DNA of 64,000 bases from contig JAWODB010000350.1 in assembly GCA_046483505.1 (NCBI GenBank), positions 218 to 64,217 on the forward strand, given 5' to 3'. Below the pieces are notes generated by a model. That model was not told the origin of the DNA and made no database searches. It was given only the letters and a program-made list of their open reading frames with translations. Origin of the DNA: Phycisphaerae bacterium (GTDB lineage Bacteria > Planctomycetota > Phycisphaerae > FEN-1346). Of this stretch, positions 1 through 9,580 are shown one piece after another. The stretch's first letter is position 1; every line of letters begins with the position of its first letter. A program made the position numbers and the translations under genes.

Positions 1-516
1 GGGAAAGCCCTCCAGGTCGGGCTCGGCCACGCGGGCCGTGACGGTCGGCGGCTGGGCCGAGGCCGCCGACGCCACCGCGCCCGTCACCTGGACGTCCACC
101 CGGACGTCCGGCACTTCGACGAGGCGGGTGACCTCAGCGTAGATCTTTCCGTCGAAGAGGCGTCCCTCGGCGTCGCGAAGTTCGCTGACGGCGATGCGGC
201 GGTCGTTCAGATAGTCGAGGCCCTCGCGGGCGGACAGCACGAGCGGGTTGGTCTGGAGGTCGGCCTTGGTCAGGTTGAAGCGGCAGACCTTCTGGGCCGG
301 GGCCGTCTGGAGGCTCTGGAGTTCCCCCTCCGGCCCCTTCAGCGTGACGGTCAACTGCTTCGGGTTGACGCTCCGGAGGCGATAATCCTTCGGCAGGTTG
401 ATCTCGACCGGCACGACGGCCTCCGTGGTCCCGGTCTGTTCGAGGTCGGCCCAGACCCAGACCGCGACCGTGAGGACGGTGACGGCCAGGAAGGTCTTGA
501 TGCGTTCGCTCATCAT
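1..516 (-). CDS. YbbR-domain protein, CdaR-like regulator of diadenylate cyclase (C-terminus cut by window edge)
   Basis: Frame is absent from the ORF track because it runs off the window. My translation from the ATG at 514-516 is MMSERIKTFLAVTVLTVAVWVWADLEQTG..VPVEINLPKDYRLRSVNPKQLTVTLKGPEGELQSL. This gives an N-terminal TM anchor followed by a YbbR-like beta-repeat pattern. The start overlaps the cdaA stop (ATGA), the conserved cdaA-cdaR arrangement. Confidence 0.55.
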   Translation of the reverse strand, partial: MMSERIKTFLAVTVLTVAVWVWADLEQTGTTEAVVPVEINLPKDYRLRSVNPKQLTVTLKGPEGELQSLQTAPAQKVCRFNLTKADLQTNPLVLSAREGLDYLNDRRIAVSELRDAEGRLFDGKIYAEVTRLVEVPDVRVDVQVTGAVASAASAQPPTVTARVAEPDLEGFP

Positions 517-1403
517 GCGGTGTCGCCGGAGGGCGTGGTCTCGGTTTCGGGTTCGGGCTCGCGGGGTTTGGGCGCGTCGGACTCGGCGAGGGAGTGCTCG
601 GTGAGGGTGGCCTCGGCGCCGCGGAGGAGGTCGGTCAGGCGCTCGCGGAGTTGCTCCGGCGCGTAGGGGGTTTCGAGCCGTCCCTCGACGGCGATGGAGA
701 TGTCGCCGGTCTCCTCGCTGACGACGACGATGACGGCATCGGTTTCCTCCGAGAGGCCCACCGCCGCCCGGTGCCGCGTGCCGTACCGGGGGTCAAGGAT
801 GGTCTGCCGGGGCATCGGGAACTCGCAACTGGCGGCGGTGATGCGCCCGCCGCGAATCACGACGCCCATGTCGTGCAGGGGGGAACCCGGCCAGAAGATC
901 GTCGTCAGGAGGCGGCTCGTCAGTTCGGCGTCCAGGTACGTGCCGGTTTCGATGACGGCGCCGAGGCGGGTGTCGCGCTCGATGGCCATGATGGCCCCGA
1001 TCTTGTTGCGGCTGAGCATGGCGGCGGAGCGGACGATGCGGTCGATGAACGCCGACGCCCCCTCCTTGAGAAACAGCCGCAGAATCGGGTTCTCCCCCAG
1101 CCGCATCAGGCTCCGCCTCAGTTCCGGCTGGAAGACGATGGCGGCCAGAATGGCCATCGCCGGCACCAGCAGGCCGTACAGGGTTCGCAGGCGGCCCATA
1201 TGAAGATAGTCCGACAAAATCCGCATGACGACGAAACTGACCAGCAGCAGGAACGTGAACCCGCGGACGACCCGCGCCCCGCGCGTCCCGCGAAGCCCGC
1301 GGTACAACAGGTAAATGAAGCCGGCGATCAGCGCCGCCTCCAGCGCATCGGTCGGCGTGAACGTCTGGTAGACGCGCGCGATGTAGTTGAGGATCTCTTG
1401 CAT
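513..1403 (-). CDS. cdaA: Diadenylate cyclase CdaA (c-di-AMP synthase), membrane-anchored
   Basis: ORF 513..1568 trimmed to the ATG at 1401-1403 (MQEILNYIARV). It has three N-terminal hydrophobic helices and a DAC domain with AIMAIERD, PLHDMGVVIRG and YGTRHRAAVGLSEETDAVIVVVSEETGDISIA. Confidence 0.85.
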   Translation of the reverse strand: MQEILNYIARVYQTFTPTDALEAALIAGFIYLLYRGLRGTRGARVVRGFTFLLLVSFVVMRILSDYLHMGRLRTLYGLLVPAMAILAAIVFQPELRRSLMRLGENPILRLFLKEGASAFIDRIVRSAAMLSRNKIGAIMAIERDTRLGAVIETGTYLDAELTSRLLTTIFWPGSPLHDMGVVIRGGRITAASCEFPMPRQTILDPRYGTRHRAAVGLSEETDAVIVVVSEETGDISIAVEGRLETPYAPEQLRERLTDLLRGAEATLTEHSLAESDAPKPREPEPETETTPSGDTA

Positions 1404-1410
1404 GGCGAGC

Positions 1411-2649
1411 CTACGTTTCCCCTCGGCCGGCGTCCCGGACGGCCGCGCCGACGGCGACGGCCTGGACGGCCTCGGCCACGTCGTGGACGCGGACGAGCAG
1501 AGCGCCGGCCGCCACGGCCAGCGCGCACGCCGCCGCCGTGCCGGGCACGCGGTCGGCGGGTGTCTCAACGCCCGTTACGTCGCCGATGAACCGCTTGCGG
1601 CTGGGCCCCACCAGGATCGGAGCGCCGAGCGCCCGCAGTTGCGCCAGCCGGGCCAGGACTTCCAGGTTGTGGGCCAGCGTCTTGCCGAACCCGATGCCGG
1701 GGTCCACGATGACGGCGTCGTCCGGGACGCCGGCGTCCCGCGCCGCCCGCATGCCGCGGCGGAGGTGCCGGGCGATGTCGGCCATCAGGTTGTGGTATCG
1801 CGGCTCCCGCTGCATCGTCTTCGGTTCGCCCAGCATGTGCATAATGACGCAGCCGGCGCCCGTCTCGGCGACGGCGGCGGGCATGTCCGGGTCGCCCAGC
1901 AGGCCCGTCACGTCGTTGATGAGGGAGGCGCCGGCGCTGGCCGCCTCGCGCGCCACGCGCGCGTGCCGCGTGTCGATGCTGATCGGCACCGACAGCCGCG
2001 ACGCCAGCGTTTCGACGACCGGCAGGACGCGGGCGAGTTCCTCGTCCTCCGGCACGGGGTCGCTGCCGGGGCGGGTCGACTCGCCGCCCACGTCCACGAG
2101 GTCCGCGCCCTCGGCGACGAGCCGCTCGGCCCGGGCCACCGCCTCGGCGGGGTCCAGGTACTCGCCCCCGTCGCTGAAACTGTCGGGCGTCACGTTGAGG
2201 ACGCCCACGACGGCGGGCCGGGGCCCGACCTGGAGCGTGTGGGCGCCGAGGCGGATGCGGAACCGCCGGCGGTCGTGGTTCTCGACGGCCCGGGCGATGT
2301 CGCGTGCCAGGGCGGGGGCGCCCGCCGACGCCTGCTCCAGCCGCTGGACGAGGGCGGCGACCTGCCGGCGGTCGCCCGTCAGGATGACCTCGGCCTCGTC
2401 GCCCTCGCCGCCCGCCTTCGGCAGGAGGACCGCCGTGCCGCGGGCCGCGCCCATCTGGCGGTTCAGGCGGTCGGCCTCGGCGTGCGTCAGGTTCTCCAGG
2501 GCCAGGGCCAGGACGCCGCCGCCGGCGGCCTGGGCGGACCCGGCGGCGCGCGACGGTTCCGCCTCCGGCGCCGCCCGCCGCATCTCGGCGGCGAGGGGCT
2601 CGGCGGGCGTCTCGGTCAGGATGCGAGCGTTCAGGCGAAGATCCGACAC
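1411..2649 (-). CDS. folP: Dihydropteroate synthase with an N-terminal extension of about 135 aa
   Basis: 412-aa ORF. The pterin-binding core reads VVGVLNVTPDSFSDGG..DLVDVGGESTRPG..ISIDT..INDVTG..DPGIGFGKT..LVGPSRKRFIG. Confidence 0.85.
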   Translation of the reverse strand: MSDLRLNARILTETPAEPLAAEMRRAAPEAEPSRAAGSAQAAGGGVLALALENLTHAEADRLNRQMGAARGTAVLLPKAGGEGDEAEVILTGDRRQVAALVQRLEQASAGAPALARDIARAVENHDRRRFRIRLGAHTLQVGPRPAVVGVLNVTPDSFSDGGEYLDPAEAVARAERLVAEGADLVDVGGESTRPGSDPVPEDEELARVLPVVETLASRLSVPISIDTRHARVAREAASAGASLINDVTGLLGDPDMPAAVAETGAGCVIMHMLGEPKTMQREPRYHNLMADIARHLRRGMRAARDAGVPDDAVIVDPGIGFGKTLAHNLEVLARLAQLRALGAPILVGPSRKRFIGDVTGVETPADRVPGTAAACALAVAAGALLVRVHDVAEAVQAVAVGAAVRDAGRGET

Positions 2650-2665
2650 GCGTCGCCTCGCGATC

Positions 2666-4630
<1,965 letters not shown>

Positions 4631-4694
4631 TGCTGAGTCTTCTTGCGTCGCGCGTGCGGTGCCGTGCCGTGGCCGGCACAGGCGGCGCCCGCGA

Positions 4695-5195
4695 CTACCA
4701 CTCCTTTTCCATGGCTTCCACGATGCGTTCGGCCAGGCGCGAGGAGGCCTCGAACGTGGCCGAGTCGAGTGTCTCGTTGACCGCCGCGGCGTACGTGGCG
4801 GAGGCCGAGATGCGGTCCACGTGCTTCAGCACCTCGCCGGTCCGCAGGTCCTTCCACTCGAACCAGCAGGAGAGGCTGACCTCAATGTCGCTCGGGGCGT
4901 CGGTGTCGAGGTCCTCGGTCAGGACCGGGGCGTAGAGGTTGAGCACCTCGCCGCGAAGCGCCGTGTCGGCCCGCTTCGGGTCGTGGACCACCTTGTAGGG
5001 CGTGCGGAGTTCGATGAACTTAACGAGTTGGCGCGTGAGTTCGAACTCGAGTTCCCGGCGAAACTCCTTGGAGGCGAAGATCGAGACCGACACCGTCCGC
5101 ACGTCGGTGCGGTGGAGCGGCTGCATCGAGTAGCCGCACCCCGTTGCCGCCGTGGCCAGGGCAAGGGTCAGGATGAGGAGGGGGGTGCGTTTCAC
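4695..5195 (-). CDS. LptE-like outer-membrane lipoprotein
   Basis: Tail of ORF 4695..6230 starting at the GTG at 5193-5195 (VKRTPLLILTLALATAATGCGYS). It has a lipobox. Size (166 aa) and the alternating beta pattern fit the LptE family. The start overlaps the upstream gene's stop (GTGA). Confidence 0.5.
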   Translation of the reverse strand: MKRTPLLILTLALATAATGCGYSMQPLHRTDVRTVSVSIFASKEFRRELEFELTRQLVKFIELRTPYKVVHDPKRADTALRGEVLNLYAPVLTEDLDTDAPSDIEVSLSCWFEWKDLRTGEVLKHVDRISASATYAAAVNETLDSATFEASSRLAERIVEAMEKEW

Positions 5196-6538
5196 GGCTG
5201 ATTCTCCTCCTGGGTCGTGGAACCGGCGCCCGTCGGCCGGGCGAGTTGACGTGGACCGGACGTGGCCGGGACATCCCCGGGTTCGGCGGGTTCGGCGGCC
5301 TCGGCGGTGCGGGCGGCGTCGGCAGGTTCGGCGGCCGCGTCGGCTTCGGCGGGTTCGGGCGGGGGCGCCGCGGCGTGGAACTCCGGGGCCAGGAACCGGC
5401 CGGCCTTTTCGCTCCACGGCGATTGCGGGTGGCGTTTGCGGAGCCGCTCCGCGTAGAACGCCGCCGCACAAGGATGCCCGGCCCGGCGATAGCGAGCCGC
5501 GATCTCGTACAGCGACTGGGCCTGCAGGTCCTCCAGGCCCTTGATCAGGGCGGGCACGCCTTGGCGAGCCGCCTCGTCGGGGTACTTCTCCTTGAACTGG
5601 CGGAGCCGGTCCCGCGCCAGCCGAAGGCTCGTCGTGCAGTACCGGGGTCCCTCGCACTGTCGGAGGGAACAGCGGGCCCGCCGCAGTTCGGCGTGCCGGA
5701 CGGCATCGCCGTTCGGATACTCCTTGCAATACTTGTCGTAATACTCCTCGGCGTCGGGCCACTTGCGCTTGGACCAGTAGTAGTCGGCGATGCGGAGGAC
5801 GACGTCGTCGGCGAGGTCGCCGGAGGGCTGGTGCTCGTAGACGCGGCGAAGGATTTCGATAGCCTCGTCCTCGCCGGACATCAGCGGGATGCCGAGCACC
5901 CGCCGGCGGACCGGGCCGAGGTACAGTTCGGCGATCTCGATCTCCTTGCGCAGGGCGTCGCGGTAGCGGCTGCTGCCGGCGTACTGCTCGATGAGGTCCT
6001 CGTACTGCTCGTACGCCTTGTAGTAGCGTTGGCGGGCGAAGAGCGACTCGGCCCGCAGCCACATCGCCTCTTCGCGGAACGTCGACTCCGGGTAATCCTC
6101 GATGAGGTCCTTGAACGTCTTCTCGGCCCGGCGATGCTCGCCGGCCTGGACGTGGGCCTTGGCCGTCTCGAAGAGGGGCGCGTCCCGGCCGGGAGGCGGC
6201 GGCTTCTCCCACCACTTGGCGCGTTCCCACCAGGACGGTTCCTCCTCCGGACGGGCCGGCTTCTCGGTGTCGGGCAGTTCCGACGGCTTCGGGGGCGCGG
6301 GCGGCTCCGCCCGGTCCGCCGGCGTGGCCGGCCGGACGGGGCTCTTCTCGGGCGGAGGCGTCTCGGGTTCCGGTTTCGGCTTGGGCTTGGGCTCGGGCGC
6401 CTGAAGTTCGGGCGGCAGCGGCAGGTCAGAGGCGTCGTAGACCCACTCGCCGTCGCGCCAGACCCAGCCCGCCTCGGCGGCCGAGGCGGCGCCCAGCAGG
6501 ACGGTCAGCGCCGTGCCGATGACGATCGCGCGTCGCAC
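5192..6538 (-). CDS. BamD/YfiO-like TPR outer-membrane assembly protein with Pro-rich linker
   Basis: In-frame part of ORF 5192..7483 from the GTG at 6536-6538 (VRRAIVIGTALTVLLGAASAAEA). It has a signal peptide, a PEPKPKPKPEPE linker and TPR-like repeats (FKDLIEDYPESTFREEAMWLRAESLF.., YDKYCKEYPNGD). The start codon is uncertain. Confidence 0.5.
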   Translation of the reverse strand: MRRAIVIGTALTVLLGAASAAEAGWVWRDGEWVYDASDLPLPPELQAPEPKPKPKPEPETPPPEKSPVRPATPADRAEPPAPPKPSELPDTEKPARPEEEPSWWERAKWWEKPPPPGRDAPLFETAKAHVQAGEHRRAEKTFKDLIEDYPESTFREEAMWLRAESLFARQRYYKAYEQYEDLIEQYAGSSRYRDALRKEIEIAELYLGPVRRRVLGIPLMSGEDEAIEILRRVYEHQPSGDLADDVVLRIADYYWSKRKWPDAEEYYDKYCKEYPNGDAVRHAELRRARCSLRQCEGPRYCTTSLRLARDRLRQFKEKYPDEAARQGVPALIKGLEDLQAQSLYEIAARYRRAGHPCAAAFYAERLRKRHPQSPWSEKAGRFLAPEFHAAAPPPEPAEADAAAEPADAARTAEAAEPAEPGDVPATSGPRQLARPTGAGSTTQEENQP

Positions 6539-6768
6539 GTCTCCATCCCCTAGAAAGTCCTGTCCGTTCCGGACCCGGCGGCAGTCCAGTTGGCGAGCGT
6601 GCCGGTCGCGGCTCCAGTGTCTATTATACGGATTCATCGGCCCGTGAATAGTTAAACGTGGCGGACTTCCCGTCCGGCCCGTTCGTGCCGCAGGCGGGCC
6701 GCGGCCGTTTTCTGCACGCTCTCGCGGCGGTTTGGGGAGGCCGCCGCGCGGAACCGCGGGCTGTCGTG

Positions 6769-7518
6769 TTAAACGTGGCGGGCGGCCGAGAGTTCCCTTC
6801 CCCCGAGTTCGATGACCGTGGCCGAGAGGATATCCCGCACCTGGTCCGCTGTGGCCGGTTTGAGGCGGACGCGGTGGACCTGGTCCCACTCGGCGGCGGC
6901 CAGGAAGGCCATCGCCTCCGCCGTCTTGGCCGAGAGGCGGTGCACCTTGCCCTTGTTGGCGGGGCGGCAGGCGTCGCAGACGGGTCCGCCGAGGCCGACG
7001 CTGTAGTCGACGGCCCGGCCCTCGGGCAGCCCCCGGCCGCACTCCACGCACCGGTCCGTCGGCGGGCCGTAGCCGAGCAGTGCCAGCAGCCGCAGCGCAA
7101 AGGCGAAGGCGACGGCCCGGCAGGCCTCCGGCTCCACCGCCGCCAGGCGCGACAGCGTCCCTGCCGTCAGGTCGAACACCGCCGGCTGCGGGTCCATGTC
7201 CGGCACGAGCGCCGTGACGAGTTCCGTGACGGTGGCGGCCGCGTAGTAGGCGGGCAGCGAGCGGTGCAGGCCGTCGAACCGGTCCGTCTCGTACAGTTCC
7301 ATCAGGGTGGCCAGGCGATTGGGACTGCTGACGCTGAAGACGGCCTCGCCGAGCATCCACCGGTCGAGCGGTCCGCTGAAGGGGTTCCGGTCGCGGCGCG
7401 ACCCCTTGGCGAGGCACCGGAGGCGGCCGACCTCGCGCGCGAGGACGTGGACGACCTGGCTGGTCTCGCTCCAGTCGGTGCACCGCAGGGTCAGGATGGT
7501 GGACTTGTGGACGGGCAC
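6769..7518 (-). CDS. recO: DNA repair protein RecO
   Basis: ORF 6769..7656 trimmed to the GTG at 7516-7518. It has an OB-fold N-terminus (STILTLRCTDWSETSQVVHVLAREVGRLRCLAKG) and the zinc motif CVECG..PVCDAC. A GTG at 7545 is an alternative start. Confidence 0.8.
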   Translation of the reverse strand: MPVHKSTILTLRCTDWSETSQVVHVLAREVGRLRCLAKGSRRDRNPFSGPLDRWMLGEAVFSVSSPNRLATLMELYETDRFDGLHRSLPAYYAAATVTELVTALVPDMDPQPAVFDLTAGTLSRLAAVEPEACRAVAFAFALRLLALLGYGPPTDRCVECGRGLPEGRAVDYSVGLGGPVCDACRPANKGKVHRLSAKTAEAMAFLAAAEWDQVHRVRLKPATADQVRDILSATVIELGGRELSAARHV

Positions 7519-7671
7519 GGGGGTTTCCCCGGGTCGGTCAGTCACGTGCGCGGCGGGCCGGGAGCCCCGCCGCGCGGGAACTCCGACAATCGCCTCCGCC
7601 TTTCGAGCCCGGTGCGGAAGCACCGGGTCATGTGCATCCGGCATGGCCCACGCCACCGCCGATGAGGATGA

Positions 7672-7702
7672 CCGGCCGCTTCCGCGGCCGGCTCGAACGG
7701 CG
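7672..7702. repeat. Hairpin repeat family D downstream of the CNNM gene (likely terminator hairpin on the minus strand)
   Basis: CCGGCCGCTTCCGCGGCCGGCTCGAACGGCG. A near-identical 31-mer lies at 23667-23697, downstream of uspA. Confidence 0.7.
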
Positions 7703-7720
7703 GCGCAACGTGAGGGTGCG

Positions 7721-9004
7721 CTACACTTCGCCGGCGGCGCCGGGCGTCTCGGCGACGTCGATGCGCAGACGCAGGATGCGGCGCTGGTCGGCCTCCAGGA
7801 CGGCGATGGTCACCCCGTTCTGTTCGAGCGATTCGCCGGCCTTCGGGATGTAGCCGAGGCGGCTCAGCACGAAGCCGCCGATCGTTTCGTAGTCCTCGTG
7901 CTCGGGCAGGTCGAGGTCGAGTTCCTCATTGAGTTCGTCGATGTGGACGCGGGCCTCGACCTGGTAGGCCTGGCGGCCGACGCGGCGGATCGGCTGGGCC
8001 GGCTCCGGCTCGTACTCGTCAACGATCTCGCCGACGATTTCCTCGACGACGTCCTCGATGGTCACCAGCCCCGCCGTCCCGCCGTACTCGTCGAGGACGA
8101 CCGCGATGTGGACCTGGTTGGCCTGGAAGTCGCGGAGCAGTTCGTCCAGGCGTTTCGTCTCGGGCACGAACAGGGGTTTGCGCATGACGTCGCCGACGCG
8201 CTGCGGCTCGGCGCCCTCCGCCGGGGCGGGGCTCAGCAGGTCCTTCGCGTACAGGATGCCGACGATGGTGTCCAGGTTGCCGCTGGTGGCGGGGATGCGG
8301 CTGTAGCCGGATTCGGCGATGAGGCGCCGGGCCTCGTCGACGGGCTGGGCGGCGTCGACGCTGGTGATGTCGGTCCGGGGCGTCATGATCTGGCTGGCGT
8401 CGGTGCGCTTGAACTTGATGACGTTGGCGATCATGTCCTTCTGCTCTTCCTCGAGCGTGCCCTCGCGTTCGCCGACATCGGCCACGCTGACGAGTTCCTC
8501 CTCGATGTTCGAGACCGTTTCCTGGTTTTCCGGGACGCCGGCCAGGCGGCGGACGAGGACGGCGAAGATGTCGAGCAGCCGCCGGCACGGCGCAAACACG
8601 GCGCGGACGGCCTGGAGCAGGGGCAGGGTGGCGGCGAGGATGCTCTCGGCGCTGCAATTGGCCCAGGCGGCCGGCACCACGCCGCCGAGAACGACGGCCG
8701 CGACGGCGGCAATCGCCGTCCCCACGAGCCATCCCGCCGCGGGGCCGGCGAAGTACTCGAGCGCCCAGACCTGGAACAGGACGACCATCGCCACGAGGCT
8801 CAGCAGATGCAGCGAGCGAGTCGTCTCGAGCAGGGCGTCCTGGTGGGCGGCGAGGCGGTCCAGGTGGTCGGGCCGCCCCTTTCGCTCCAGCGCCTCTTCC
8901 AGCCGGAGGCGCGAGTAGGACCGGAGGGCGTGATGGGTCAGGCCGAAGAACGCCGCCAGGCCTGTGCCCGCCAGGCCGAGCGCGAAAGGCACGTAGGATG
9001 GCAC
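7721..9004 (-). CDS. CNNM/HlyC-CorC family transporter (DUF21 + CBS pair + CorC_HlyC)
   Basis: 427 aa with four N-terminal TM helices, a CBS pair (IMTPRTDITSV.., VMRKPLFVPET) and a C-terminal CorC_HlyC transporter-associated domain. It is the last gene of the phoH-ybeY operon. Confidence 0.85.
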   Translation of the reverse strand: MPSYVPFALGLAGTGLAAFFGLTHHALRSYSRLRLEEALERKGRPDHLDRLAAHQDALLETTRSLHLLSLVAMVVLFQVWALEYFAGPAAGWLVGTAIAAVAAVVLGGVVPAAWANCSAESILAATLPLLQAVRAVFAPCRRLLDIFAVLVRRLAGVPENQETVSNIEEELVSVADVGEREGTLEEEQKDMIANVIKFKRTDASQIMTPRTDITSVDAAQPVDEARRLIAESGYSRIPATSGNLDTIVGILYAKDLLSPAPAEGAEPQRVGDVMRKPLFVPETKRLDELLRDFQANQVHIAVVLDEYGGTAGLVTIEDVVEEIVGEIVDEYEPEPAQPIRRVGRQAYQVEARVHIDELNEELDLDLPEHEDYETIGGFVLSRLGYIPKAGESLEQNGVTIAVLEADQRRILRLRIDVAETPGAAGEV

Positions 9005-9013
9005 CGCGACCTC

Positions 9014-9496
9014 CTACTGAACCGTCGCCTGACCGGCGTAGACGCACGGGAACCCGAGTTGGGAGAGGAGGGCGTCTTCACGGGCGTGCATCCGCCGGGC
9101 GTCCTTCGCCGTCCGGTCGTCGTAGCCGACCAGGTGCAGCAGACCGTGGACGATGTAGAGCAGCAGTTCCGCCTCCGGGTTGCCGTGAATCGCCTGGGCC
9201 TGGTAGTAGGCGCGTTCGGCGGAGGCGATGATCTCGCCGTTGATGCTTCCGTTGTTGGCGTGCTGGCCTTCCGGCCACTCGGGGTCTTCCAGGGGGAAAC
9301 TGATGACGTCGGTGACGGCGTCGCGGTTGAGGTACTCGTTGCTGAGGTCGCGGATGTGCCGGTTGTCGGTCAGGACGACGCTGAGGCTCTTGGCGGTTCG
9401 TCCCTCTTCCTTGATGACGTGGCGGACGACCTGGAGAATCGTCTTCTTGTCGATATGAACGTGGTCCTGGAGGTCGGTGATCTCGATCTTGGCCAT
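9014..9496 (-). CDS. ybeY: rRNA maturation endoribonuclease YbeY
   Basis: ORF 9014..9565 trimmed to the ATG at 9494-9496 (MAKIEITDLQ). It carries the metal motif HGLLHLVGYDD. Confidence 0.9.
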   Translation of the reverse strand: MAKIEITDLQDHVHIDKKTILQVVRHVIKEEGRTAKSLSVVLTDNRHIRDLSNEYLNRDAVTDVISFPLEDPEWPEGQHANNGSINGEIIASAERAYYQAQAIHGNPEAELLLYIVHGLLHLVGYDDRTAKDARRMHAREDALLSQLGFPCVYAGQATVQ

Positions 9497-9580
9497 GTCC
9501 CCGTGCCCCGGAGTCTCGTGTCTCCGCGGTTGCGCCGCGCATCCTGCCGGCGGACCTCCCCACACGTTCCGCCGGGAGGG

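Noticed and set aside
5192-7483. 763-aa reading of the BamD-like frame extending upstream across the recO region
   Set aside because: The upstream 315 codons are R/P/G-rich, overlap recO in another frame and cross an obviously non-coding spacer (6539-6768). The plausible start is the GTG at 6538, immediately before a signal-peptide-like segment.
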